From IMG/VR virus record IMGVR_UViG_3300032011_000046, positions 1-36,698 of that record: a stretch of 36,698 bases of DNA, one strand, 5' to 3'. Shown here in pieces: positions 8,821 to 18,507 of this stretch (position 1 is the stretch's first letter; the number at the start of each line of letters is the position of its first letter). This stretch comes from a virus (taxonomy: Duplodnaviria; Caudoviricetes). A program made the position numbers and the translations under genes. The notes beneath the pieces are model-generated. The model saw only the letters and a list, made by a program, of their open reading frames with translations. It was not told where the DNA came from and did no database searches.

Positions 8821-9443
8821 AAGTAGCAAACACTAACTTTAATAGGCAAGGTTATTATACTGAACCTACTTTAGATGTAGATGTTTTACGTAATCCTAAA
8901 TGTGTAGATTTATTCGATCAAAACGGTTATCATTTAACTAAAGCAGAACAAGCTTTTTTAATTACCAATGGTTATGATCCTATTGAAAGAAGACATGAAG
9001 ATTGCCTAAGACAAGATTGGATAATCTCAGATAAAAGAAATAAAGCTCATATTAATCACTCAGATATATTTGAAAGAAAAGGATTTAACGGAACAGCTAA
9101 ACTACAATTAGAAAAATTTGCTGTTACTAATCCTATGTTATACAAAGTAATTAAAATGAAACCAAAATGGGGAATAGATATTTCTATAGATTATGTATCT
9201 GAAGATGCAGTTTTTGAAGTATTTCATTACGAATGGGATTCATTTGAGTATGAAGCAGTACAAGAAAAAAAATTAGAATTAGAAGAGTTCGTTATCCATA
9301 AAGATTGGGATGATATAGCAAATTTATTATGGAATAGAAAAAGCGAATGGTTATATTTAGACTTCTTTGAGCAAACCAAATGGAGAACAGATTTTTTCGG
9401 ATTATCACCAGAAAAGTTTAAGAATGTTATTTGGGAAGAATAA
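8817..9443 (+). CDS. Hypothetical protein
   Basis: 208-aa aromatic-rich globular-looking ORF with ATGA overlap. Confidence 0.75.
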   Translation: MKVANTNFNRQGYYTEPTLDVDVLRNPKCVDLFDQNGYHLTKAEQAFLITNGYDPIERRHEDCLRQDWIISDKRNKAHINHSDIFERKGFNGTAKLQLEKFAVTNPMLYKVIKMKPKWGIDISIDYVSEDAVFEVFHYEWDSFEYEAVQEKKLELEEFVIHKDWDDIANLLWNRKSEWLYLDFFEQTKWRTDFFGLSPEKFKNVIWEE

Positions 9444-9449
9444 TCTATT

Positions 9450-9469
9450 TATTTATATACGTATATAAA
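9450..9469 (+). promoter_or_regulatory. TATTTATA motif overlapping an 18-bp perfect palindrome TTTATATACGTATATAAA
   Basis: Motif at 9450-9457, palindrome at 9452-9469, ATG at 9481. Confidence 0.55.
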
Positions 9470-9480
9470 AGAAATATCAA

Positions 9481-11790
9481 ATGACCTACCAAGAAATAAA
9501 GAATCGCTTGGCTAAATGTGAATTTTCACTTAAATGCATAGCTGACGGTTCTTATAAAACTAAAAGTAAAGCTAAACTTACTGAAACTACTAAAAAACTT
9601 AAAGTATTGAAAGAATCCTTACAGAAACAGTTAGTAGAAGCAGAAGGAACTGTTAGAACAGCTGATTCTGGAGAAGCAGAAAAACTTGCAGACAAAGGAG
9701 TTAATGTAGATTTAGTAGAACCTAAAGATTTAGAAACTAACGAACAAGAAGGTTCTTCATTTGATCAAAACGAAACAGCTAAGATTGCAGCATCGGTAGG
9801 CAAAGCAACAGTCTTAGCACTTCAAGGAGAAGGAGAAAATATATCCTCAGCTAGAGTTAAAAGAATAAAACCTAATACATTCGATGTACATGTAGGTTTT
9901 AAAAATGATAATGAAAATGTTTATGCTTTTTATATAGTAGGAGATACCCTTTACTTAAAAGATTCTTCTTATGATAGAGAAATCTCAGATGTTGGAGTAC
10001 AGCAGTCAGGAGAAGCTATTATTAATGTTGATGTTGTAAAAGATCAACTACAAAAGTATTTTAAAACCGTTAATACTGCTTTAGGAGAAGCAGAAAGAGT
10101 TAAAAAAGTAGGAGAAATGACAGATCAAGAATTTAGAGACGCTGAAGAAAAAGACAGATTAGATAATCATCCTGAAAAAGAAATGATTAAAAAAATTCAA
10201 TATTTAATAGCTAAAGAAAAAGCTAATAAAAAAAACGAAGCTTTTCCATATCCACCTAAACAAAAACCTGGCAAAGGCATAGAAGGGGATTGGGACTATG
10301 GAGGAGAAGATTCTTCTCAAGGAGCAGGTACTATGGAAGAAAATTCCGAGCAAGACAATGCTGTTATAGAACTTCGTAATATAGTTGATGAATTAGAAGA
10401 AAAAGCAGAAGAAGCTAGAGAGTTAGTTAGACAGTATTTTCCTAATGAATTATCTAGATTAGACGGATATGGAGTCTTTAATGTAGCTTACTCAGCTAAT
10501 AGGTATAATGTTACATTAGGTAAGTTTGTTGATAATTTAGAAGATGGTGAGTATGATGATTTAGATGATGATAACTACCCTAATGAAACAACAGAAGGTA
10601 AACATTCAATAAATAAACTACAAAAAGCACACGGTCAGCTTGTTACTAAAATGAAAGAATTAGCAAAACAATATAAAGCAGGCGATAAATCAGTAGTATC
10701 TCAATTAAAAGATTTAACTTCTAAAAAGAAAGAATTAGAAAAGCATTTAGACAAAGCAGTCGCAGGTAAAAATAAAGGACAGCAGCTAGATCCTAACGTT
10801 ACCGAAGGTAGAGGTGATATGGGTATGATCAAAGGTATTATCCAAGATAGAGCTAACGAATCAGGGTTTAGTGAAAGAGAAGAAGCTGCTGAAGTAATAG
10901 GAGGTATAGCTGATGAATATATGATAAGTATAGAAAGTTTAAAAGATTATATAAATGAGTTTGATGATAAATCTATAAAAGCTTATGGAGATGCTATTAA
11001 AAAAGCTTACGGGGTTAAAGATAAAAAAGATAAAAATGTAGGACAGCCGACAGTATTTGATGATGAGAGTATGGATGCTTTACGTGACATTATCTTAAAA
11101 TATGTTAAAGATCCAAGTGAAGCAGAAAAAGCAGTACTGCAAGTTGACGATAACGGATTAGATTCTTTATCACCTGAGCTAACTGCTAACCTAGAAAGAG
11201 ATCCAGAATTCGAAGCTTGGTATAATAAACTACATAGTATTCCGGATGCAGATACAGACTATACGAAACGTAGAGCCGCTGAAAAAGATTATATGCAAGA
11301 AGGTACTGAGCTATATGACGATGATGGACTACAGTTCAAAAGATTCGCTCCAGGTGTAGGACATGACGGACCAGCATTACAAATAACAGCTCGTAAACTT
11401 AAAGGAGTTGGATTTGATTATATTCAAATACCTGGTAATAAAGTTAAAGAGTTCGCAAGAGCAGCAGTACATGTAGCACAGGAGTTTGGAGATATGAAAA
11501 GACAAACTACAGTTAATGAAAACGTAAAAAAGTATAGATTAGGAGATATGTACTCTAACAACTTTGATTATATAGGAATGTTAAAAGCTGGTTTAAAAGC
11601 TAATGTACGTTCCTCTGTAGACAAGTTAAAGAAGTTATATAGTTCATTCGAAGACGTAAATTATCACAGTGAGAATAAACATTTATATAATGCTATTGAA
11701 GCATTAGAAGAAGGTGCTATTAAAGAAGCATCTATGTTTTTTGGAGATTTTCATGCTGCAATTAAAGCAACTTTAAAGGATATGAAATAA
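9481..11790 (+). CDS. Large acidic modular protein (candidate internal head polyprotein)
   Basis: 769 aa, E/D/K-rich, recurrent xNE/xTE/xxE junctions. Confidence 0.75.
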   Translation: MTYQEIKNRLAKCEFSLKCIADGSYKTKSKAKLTETTKKLKVLKESLQKQLVEAEGTVRTADSGEAEKLADKGVNVDLVEPKDLETNEQEGSSFDQNETAKIAASVGKATVLALQGEGENISSARVKRIKPNTFDVHVGFKNDNENVYAFYIVGDTLYLKDSSYDREISDVGVQQSGEAIINVDVVKDQLQKYFKTVNTALGEAERVKKVGEMTDQEFRDAEEKDRLDNHPEKEMIKKIQYLIAKEKANKKNEAFPYPPKQKPGKGIEGDWDYGGEDSSQGAGTMEENSEQDNAVIELRNIVDELEEKAEEARELVRQYFPNELSRLDGYGVFNVAYSANRYNVTLGKFVDNLEDGEYDDLDDDNYPNETTEGKHSINKLQKAHGQLVTKMKELAKQYKAGDKSVVSQLKDLTSKKKELEKHLDKAVAGKNKGQQLDPNVTEGRGDMGMIKGIIQDRANESGFSEREEAAEVIGGIADEYMISIESLKDYINEFDDKSIKAYGDAIKKAYGVKDKKDKNVGQPTVFDDESMDALRDIILKYVKDPSEAEKAVLQVDDNGLDSLSPELTANLERDPEFEAWYNKLHSIPDADTDYTKRRAAEKDYMQEGTELYDDDGLQFKRFAPGVGHDGPALQITARKLKGVGFDYIQIPGNKVKEFARAAVHVAQEFGDMKRQTTVNENVKKYRLGDMYSNNFDYIGMLKAGLKANVRSSVDKLKKLYSSFEDVNYHSENKHLYNAIEALEEGAIKEASMFFGDFHAAIKATLKDMK

Positions 11791-11791
11791 C

Positions 11792-12823
11792 ATGAACAAA
11801 AAAGATTTAGAAAATATAGTATTACAGGCATACTCAGAAGTAATCAGTGAACAAGATGCTCCGGGACCATATAAAGCTCAAGAACTTCCTGCAAGGTATA
11901 AAAGAAGCATAGAAAAAAGATACGGTAAAATACATCCAAAAGATTTCTTTAGTAGAGATTTAGATACATATTTTAAATTTGATGGTGAAAATAAAAGAAC
12001 TGGTTCTGTAAGTCATAAAATTTTAAAACTACCTTCATTTAGAAAATTATATTTTGATTATGATGAAATAATTGATGATATAAAAAATTTAATGAGAGTC
12101 GAAGAAATTAGAACTGATAAAGCAGCTAGAGAATTATTCGAATTAATTAAAACCAATTTTAGAAAGTTACAAAGATATTTAAGAACAGAAAGACCTGAAC
12201 AATACGATATATTTAAAACAACTAGATCACTAGAAGAAGGAGTAAATAAGTTACTATTTGAAAACCTTAATGTTTTAATGAAAGAACAAGAACCAGAGCC
12301 AGAAGAAGAACCTGATATAGATGCTCCAAAAGATACAGTATTAGAAGATAGTACTGATATTATATTAAATAAGTTTCCTACAATTAAATCTGCTATTGTA
12401 AAATTACAAACTGAAGACTTTAAAGACTTTGTAGAGTCTATAGATTGGGTTTCACCAAGACCTAGTACCTTTAGAATTAATTTAAAGAATGGTCAAGACT
12501 ATATTCTTAAATGGTTAGGAGATGGATTTGAAGCTCAAATAATGGGCAAAAGATATTATATAAATAAAATAAGTGATTATCAACAAGCTTTAGATAAACT
12601 TACACTTCTATACCAACAAGCACCTTTTAAACCAGGAGGAGAAGAAGGAGAAGGAGCACCTGAAGATTTTGATTCTGCTGATACTGGTGGAGGAGAGTTT
12701 CCTGGAGCAGATGCAGGAACAGGAGCAGGTTCAGACTTAGACGAACCAGGAGAAGAAGGTGGAGCAGACCTAACAGGGGAACCAATAGATTTCGAAGAAC
12801 CAGCAGAAGAACCAGAAGCATAA
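11792..12823 (+). CDS. Hypothetical protein with acidic G/E/P-rich tail
   Basis: 343 aa; leader MNKKDLENIVLQAYSEVISE. Confidence 0.75.
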   Translation: MNKKDLENIVLQAYSEVISEQDAPGPYKAQELPARYKRSIEKRYGKIHPKDFFSRDLDTYFKFDGENKRTGSVSHKILKLPSFRKLYFDYDEIIDDIKNLMRVEEIRTDKAARELFELIKTNFRKLQRYLRTERPEQYDIFKTTRSLEEGVNKLLFENLNVLMKEQEPEPEEEPDIDAPKDTVLEDSTDIILNKFPTIKSAIVKLQTEDFKDFVESIDWVSPRPSTFRINLKNGQDYILKWLGDGFEAQIMGKRYYINKISDYQQALDKLTLLYQQAPFKPGGEEGEGAPEDFDSADTGGGEFPGADAGTGAGSDLDEPGEEGGADLTGEPIDFEEPAEEPEA

Positions 12824-13899
12824 TGAACGTAATAGATAAATTATATACTGAGTGGGCATGGAGAACTAAATCAGGAACACCTGATGTAAGTAACCCTAAA
12901 GATAAAGCTATACTAGATAACTTAATTTATGAACTTACTGAACAAGAAGATGTTGATATAGAAGATCTTAAGAAAAATTTAGTAAGTATAATTAATAATA
13001 CAAGCGATTCTACTGTACTCAAACGGGTAATGAAGTATGCTAAAAATGTAGGATATGGTGATTCAATGAAAAGTTATTTAGAATCAAAAAATTTAAGTAG
13101 AAAAGATATTCTTTATTTTCAATCACTACTTTCCGATATAGGTAAAACAGGTGAATTTGCAAAACTATCATCTAATCCTCCAGTTTTCAATTCTGAAGGA
13201 GACAATTATTACACTCAAATACCCGGCTTTGAGACTGATGAATTAAAATCATTATATTCAGATATGAAAGACTCTATACAAGGAACTGTATCGATGGGAC
13301 CAGGAGAAGCTTTTTTATCAGTATTTTTTAAAAATATTTCTAAAGCTAAAACTAAAGGAGATTTATTAATAGGAAATGAAGAAGTAGAATTGAAATCTCG
13401 AACTGGTAATACCGGAGCAATAGTAGCACCTACAGGGGTAGCAAGAGGTGATTGGACTAAAGGAGTTAAACCTAAAGTTGATAAGTTCGTTGATAATTTA
13501 AAATTAGATGACGAACAAAAAGAAACATTAAAAAATTATAGCAAATCCGCTTGGCCATATAAAATAGCAGATGTAGTAAAACAAGCTTCTAGTATGGGAA
13601 TTGATGAAACTACTATTATTTCCGGAATAGATAAAGTATTAGATAGCAGTTATGCACCTTTAAACTTCGATACTGCTAGTTACATAGGTAATGGAGAGTT
13701 TAATGCTAAACAATTTATTTTAGATTTAGCTAAAAAATTAGGAAGAGCTTACTATAAAGAGCATGGATTCGATGCATTTATGATATCTGACCCAAATGGT
13801 AATTTTAAATATTACGATAAAGATAGCTTTGTAGATGCTATTGGAAAAGAAATTAAAGTAGCCAATCCTTCAGACTTGATACCTAGATTAAAAATATAA
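12823..13899 (+). CDS. Hypothetical protein, possible PD-(D/E)XK restriction-like nuclease domain
   Basis: MGPGE...KGDLLIGNEEVELKS resembles E...D...ExK. Confidence 0.55.
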   Translation: MNVIDKLYTEWAWRTKSGTPDVSNPKDKAILDNLIYELTEQEDVDIEDLKKNLVSIINNTSDSTVLKRVMKYAKNVGYGDSMKSYLESKNLSRKDILYFQSLLSDIGKTGEFAKLSSNPPVFNSEGDNYYTQIPGFETDELKSLYSDMKDSIQGTVSMGPGEAFLSVFFKNISKAKTKGDLLIGNEEVELKSRTGNTGAIVAPTGVARGDWTKGVKPKVDKFVDNLKLDDEQKETLKNYSKSAWPYKIADVVKQASSMGIDETTIISGIDKVLDSSYAPLNFDTASYIGNGEFNAKQFILDLAKKLGRAYYKEHGFDAFMISDPNGNFKYYDKDSFVDAIGKEIKVANPSDLIPRLKI

Positions 13900-13907
13900 A
13901 ATGAGTT

Positions 13908-15482
13908 ATGTCACAGAATATAAAAAAGATAATAGCGCAAGAGTATATTAAATGTGCTAAAGATCCTATCTACTTTATGCGTAAGTACTGTTATATACAG
14001 CATCCTACGCGAGGTAGAATCTTATTTAACTTATACCCTTTTCAAGAAAAAGTATTACATTTATTTAAAGATAATCAATACGTAATTACTCTTAAATCAA
14101 GACAGCTAGGTATATCTACTTTAGCATCAGCATACTCTTTATGGTTGATGTTATTTCATAAAGATAAAAACGTATTAGCATTAGCAACTACTCAAGCAAC
14201 AGCTAGAAACTTAGTTACTAAAGTTATCTTTATGTATGACCAATTACCTAAGTGGTTAAAACTACCTGCGGTAGAAAAAAATAAACTATCATTAAGATTA
14301 AAAAATGGATCAAAGGTACAAGCTAAATCTTCTAATGCTGATGCAGCAAGATCAGAAGCAGTATCATTGCTATTAATAGATGAAGCAGCTTTTATAGATA
14401 ATATTGAAGAGACATTTACTGCTGCTCAACAAACACTAGCAACCGGTGGTCAATGTATGGCTTTATCAACACCTAACGGTATTGGTAACTGGTTTCATTT
14501 AACCTGGGAAAAAGCTATATCAGGAGAAAATTCTTTTTTATCTATTAGATTACCCTGGACAGTACATCCTGAAAGAAACCAAGAATGGAGAGAACAACAA
14601 GATGCTGATTTAGGACCTCGTATGGCTGGCCAAGAATGCGATTGTGACTTCCTAGCATCAGGTGATACAGTATTTGAACCAGATGATATGCTATTTTATG
14701 AAAAAACATATGAGAAAGAACCTTTAGAAAGGAGAGGAGTAGATGGTAACCTATGGGTATGGGAAGGAGTAGACTATACTAAATCGTATATGGTTGTAGC
14801 AGACGTAGCTAGAGGTGATTCTAGTGACTATTCTGCTTTTCATATCTTTGATGTAGAAACTTGTGTACAGGTTGCTGAATATAAAGGCAAACTATCTCCT
14901 AAAGATTTCGGTAACGTACTTGTTGGTATAGCATCTGAGTATAACGATGCACTATTAGTAGTAGAAAATGCTAATATAGGCTGGGCTACAATTGAACAGG
15001 TGTTAGAAAGAGAGTATAAAAATTTATACTATAGCTCTACATCTAATATGGAATCAGTAGAATCTTATATGCATAAGTATGAAAGAGATAAGTTAGTACC
15101 CGGTTTTACTATGTCTATGAGAACCCGTCCATTAGTAATAGCTAAGATGATTGAGTATATTAGAGAGAAATCTGTAACAATACAATCTAAAAGACTATTA
15201 GGAGAAATGAGAGTATTTGTATGGAAAAACGGAAAACCTCAAGCTCAAGATAGATATAACGATGATTTACTTATATCCTGTGCTACTGCACTATATGTAA
15301 GAGATACTGCCTTAAAATTAAGACAACAAGGTATGGATTTAGCTAGAGCTCAATTATCTTCGTTTTCTAATTTAAATGCAAAAAACCAAGCAGTTATGAA
15401 AAGAGTTGGAAATCAGCAAGAAAATCCTTATCTTTTAAAGACACCGGGTGGACAAGAGGATATCACTTGGTTATTAAAATAG
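13908..15482 (+). CDS. gp17: Terminase large subunit (T4 gp17-like)
   Basis: LYPFQ, Walker A KSRQLGIST, Walker B LLIDEAAF, STPNG coupling motif, nuclease ADVARG...DYSA, ENANIG and DDL. Confidence 0.95.
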   Translation: MSQNIKKIIAQEYIKCAKDPIYFMRKYCYIQHPTRGRILFNLYPFQEKVLHLFKDNQYVITLKSRQLGISTLASAYSLWLMLFHKDKNVLALATTQATARNLVTKVIFMYDQLPKWLKLPAVEKNKLSLRLKNGSKVQAKSSNADAARSEAVSLLLIDEAAFIDNIEETFTAAQQTLATGGQCMALSTPNGIGNWFHLTWEKAISGENSFLSIRLPWTVHPERNQEWREQQDADLGPRMAGQECDCDFLASGDTVFEPDDMLFYEKTYEKEPLERRGVDGNLWVWEGVDYTKSYMVVADVARGDSSDYSAFHIFDVETCVQVAEYKGKLSPKDFGNVLVGIASEYNDALLVVENANIGWATIEQVLEREYKNLYYSSTSNMESVESYMHKYERDKLVPGFTMSMRTRPLVIAKMIEYIREKSVTIQSKRLLGEMRVFVWKNGKPQAQDRYNDDLLISCATALYVRDTALKLRQQGMDLARAQLSSFSNLNAKNQAVMKRVGNQQENPYLLKTPGGQEDITWLLK

Positions 15483-15484
15483 AC

Positions 15485-15492
15485 TATTTATA
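15485..15492 (+). promoter_or_regulatory. TATTTATA motif (putative late promoter)
   Basis: Intergenic, 16 nt before the portal ATG. Confidence 0.6.
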
Positions 15493-15508
15493 TATAAATT
15501 AAACATTA

Positions 15509-17404
15509 ATGGCAGATACTTCATTATTTGGTAGACTTCGAAGATTATTTTCTACAGATGTAGTTGTAAGGAATATAGGTGGCAAAGAGCTAAAAATAGC
15601 TGATGTTAACCAAATTCAAAGAACCGGTAGGTACCAAACAAACTCACTAGTAGATAGATTTAGTAGATTATACATCTATAATAATAGGAATATATTTAAT
15701 CCTAACCTAAACTATCAAACACTAAGAATCCAACTTTATTCAGATTATGAAGCAATGGATACAGATCCAATCATTGCTTCCGCATTAGATATTATAGCTG
15801 ATGAAGCTACAGTAAAAAATGATGTAAATGAAATATTACAGATAAAATCATCTGATGAAAATATTCAGAGAGTACTTTATAACTTATTCTACGACGTATT
15901 AAATATAGAATTTAATTTATGGTCATGGATTCGTAATATGTGTAAGTACGGAGACTTTTTCTTAAAGTTAGAGATATCTGAAAAATTTGGAGTATATAAC
16001 GTACTTCCTTATACTGTATACCATATGGTTAGGAGAGAGGGAGAAGATCCTGAAAATCCTGCTAAGGTAGTTTTTCAATTAGATCCTGATGGACTAGCAG
16101 CATCTCAAAACCCTAGTTACTTACCTAAAAGAAAATCTAATAAAAAGGTAGTTAATTTTGATAACTATGAAGTAGCTCACTTTAGATTAATATCAGATAC
16201 TCAATACTTACCTTATGGACGTTCTTATTTAGAACCAGCTAGAAAAATATTTAGACAAACTACTCTAATGGAAGATGCGATGTTAATACATCGTATAATG
16301 AGAGCACCTGAAAAGAGAATGTTCTATATTAATGTAGGTAATGTCCCTCCAAATGAAGTAGAGCAGTTTATGCAAAAGACTATCAATCAGATGAAAAAAA
16401 CTCCTTATGTAGGAGATGATGGTCAATACAACCTTAAGTTTAATCTTCAGAATATGATGGAAGATTTCTACCTACCTGTAAGAGGAGGAGATACTTCTAC
16501 TAGAATTGAAACTACTAAAGGTTTAGAATATGACGGTAAAGCGGATGTAGAATACTTACAGCAGAAGTTATTTGCTGCTCTTAAGATACCTAAAGCATAC
16601 TTTGGTTATGAAGGTGACTTACAGGGTAAAGCTACATTAGCAGCTGAAGATATAAGATTCGCTAGAACAGTAGAAAGAATACAAAGAATAATAGAATCCG
16701 AATTGACTAAAATAGCTTTAGTCCATTTATATTCTCAAGGATTTACTGGAGATAGTTTAACTAATTTTGAAATTAAGTTAACTACCCCTTCTATTATATT
16801 TGAACAAGAAAAAGTAGCATTATTAAAAGAGAAAGTTGATTTAGCTAATCAAATGAAAGATACCAAATTATTCTCATCAGATTATATCTACGAAAAGATC
16901 TTCGATATGTCTGAAGATAATTACATGGAGATGAGAGATTTAGTTAGAGAAGATTCTAAACGTATATTTAGGTTAGCACAAATAGAAGGTGAAGGAAATG
17001 ATCCAGCTAAGTCAGGAACTACTTACGGTACACCTCACGATCTTGCATCTATGTATGGTAGAAGATCTACTTCTACCCCAAAAGGAGCAGGCCCAGGTGA
17101 AGTACCAGCAGGATACGAAGAACTGCCTAAACACGGTGAGCCAGGCCCTGAAGGAGGGAGACCTAGAGAGAAGATGTCTGTCTACGGTACTAACGATAAT
17201 CCTATAGGAGGAAGAGATCCTCTAGGTCAGCATGGTATGAAAGGAGGCTATCCTTCTGACAATGAAAACGTTTTAGAAAATTCTACAGCACAAACAGTTT
17301 ACTTGCAAAATGAAAAGTATCTTAAGGATATAGTTTTCAAAAAAGATAACAAGAACGATTCAAAGTTATTGAGTGAAGATAATATTAAAGATTTAGGTAA
17401 CTAA
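15509..17404 (+). CDS. gp20: Portal protein (T4 gp20-like)
   Basis: SYLEPARK, LMEDAMLIHRIMRAPEKRMFYINVGN, MMEDFYLPVRGG and LFAALKIP motifs. Confidence 0.95.
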   Translation: MADTSLFGRLRRLFSTDVVVRNIGGKELKIADVNQIQRTGRYQTNSLVDRFSRLYIYNNRNIFNPNLNYQTLRIQLYSDYEAMDTDPIIASALDIIADEATVKNDVNEILQIKSSDENIQRVLYNLFYDVLNIEFNLWSWIRNMCKYGDFFLKLEISEKFGVYNVLPYTVYHMVRREGEDPENPAKVVFQLDPDGLAASQNPSYLPKRKSNKKVVNFDNYEVAHFRLISDTQYLPYGRSYLEPARKIFRQTTLMEDAMLIHRIMRAPEKRMFYINVGNVPPNEVEQFMQKTINQMKKTPYVGDDGQYNLKFNLQNMMEDFYLPVRGGDTSTRIETTKGLEYDGKADVEYLQQKLFAALKIPKAYFGYEGDLQGKATLAAEDIRFARTVERIQRIIESELTKIALVHLYSQGFTGDSLTNFEIKLTTPSIIFEQEKVALLKEKVDLANQMKDTKLFSSDYIYEKIFDMSEDNYMEMRDLVREDSKRIFRLAQIEGEGNDPAKSGTTYGTPHDLASMYGRRSTSTPKGAGPGEVPAGYEELPKHGEPGPEGGRPREKMSVYGTNDNPIGGRDPLGQHGMKGGYPSDNENVLENSTAQTVYLQNEKYLKDIVFKKDNKNDSKLLSEDNIKDLGN

Positions 17405-17408
17405 TACA

Positions 17409-17416
17409 TATTTATA
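17409..17416 (+). promoter_or_regulatory. TATTTATA motif (putative late promoter)
   Basis: Intergenic, 16 nt before ATG 17433. Confidence 0.6.
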
Positions 17417-17432
17417 ATAGTAAACGTATATA

Positions 17433-18287
17433 ATGAAGATAAAGCACTCAAAGTATCGTAATACTGGACTTATATTTGAACTGCTAATAAAGCAGATCGC
17501 AGCTGATACTTTAGATAATAAAGAATCTAACGCTATAGCTATCTTAAAAGAGAATTTTGCAGGTAGAACAACTTTAGCTAAAGAGTATAAATTATACGAA
17601 TTTATTTTAAGAAATAAAAAAGTATCTCAAAGTAAAGCTGAAGCTATAATTTCGACTATTACAGAAGTTTCTAGGAAACTTAACCAGAAGATATTAAAGA
17701 AACAGAAATATAATTTAATTTCTGCTATAAAAGAACACTATAAGGTAGAAGAGTTTTTCGGTATGGAAGTTAGAGATTATAAACCTCTTGCCTCGTTATA
17801 CTGTTTATTAGAAGCTCAAAATAACTCTAACATGGTAGATCCTAATTTTTTAGTTTCTAACAAATGTACATTATTAGAACACTTAACCTCTAAAGATCAG
17901 AACTCAGATGAAGTTAAGGACAGTCTTATAGAAGAATACAGTAAGTATGATAAAGATTTAAAACTACTTACATTTAAAATATTATTAGAAAAGTTTAATG
18001 ATAACTATAAAGATCTTTTACCTCCTCAAAAAAGGATACTAAAAGAATTTATAACATCAGTAAACTCAAATAGAAGATTATATAATTTAGTTAATACTGA
18101 GTTAGATAATATTATAAAAGAAGTTACTAATTTAGCTAGCAGTGTTAAAGACGATATTGTTAAAATAAAATTAGATGAAGTAATAAAAGGAATAAAACCT
18201 TTGAAAAAGACTGATAAAGTAAATGATACTCATCTAGTTAATTTAATGCAATATTACGACTTAGTTAATGAGTTAAAGAACTTATGA
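17433..18287 (+). CDS. Hypothetical helical protein in head module (possible prohead core component)
   Basis: 284 aa between portal and protease; function inferred from position only. Confidence 0.7.
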   Translation: MKIKHSKYRNTGLIFELLIKQIAADTLDNKESNAIAILKENFAGRTTLAKEYKLYEFILRNKKVSQSKAEAIISTITEVSRKLNQKILKKQKYNLISAIKEHYKVEEFFGMEVRDYKPLASLYCLLEAQNNSNMVDPNFLVSNKCTLLEHLTSKDQNSDEVKDSLIEEYSKYDKDLKLLTFKILLEKFNDNYKDLLPPQKRILKEFITSVNSNRRLYNLVNTELDNIIKEVTNLASSVKDDIVKIKLDEVIKGIKPLKKTDKVNDTHLVNLMQYYDLVNELKNL

Positions 18288-18505
18288 CAAAATCACAACT
18301 AATTAAATTAGTAAAAGAAGTATTATCAGAAGCTAATACTACAAGCGGTGGAGCTTCTTTTGCAGCAGGTGCTGGAGAGAACTACAAAACTAAGTATGCT
18401 TTTGGAAACGCTAATAGAGCTAGTAAAATCTCTAAAAAGCATGGTTATAAGAAGGCTAGCCGTCCTAAACGGCCATCACATACTAAAGCATTTGACTATT
18501 TATAA
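18284..18505 (+). CDS. Small basic protein with MTKSQLIKLVKEVLSE leader
   Basis: 73 aa; ATGA overlap; basic tail. Confidence 0.7.
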   Translation: MTKSQLIKLVKEVLSEANTTSGGASFAAGAGENYKTKYAFGNANRASKISKKHGYKKASRPKRPSHTKAFDYL

Positions 18506-18507
18506 AC

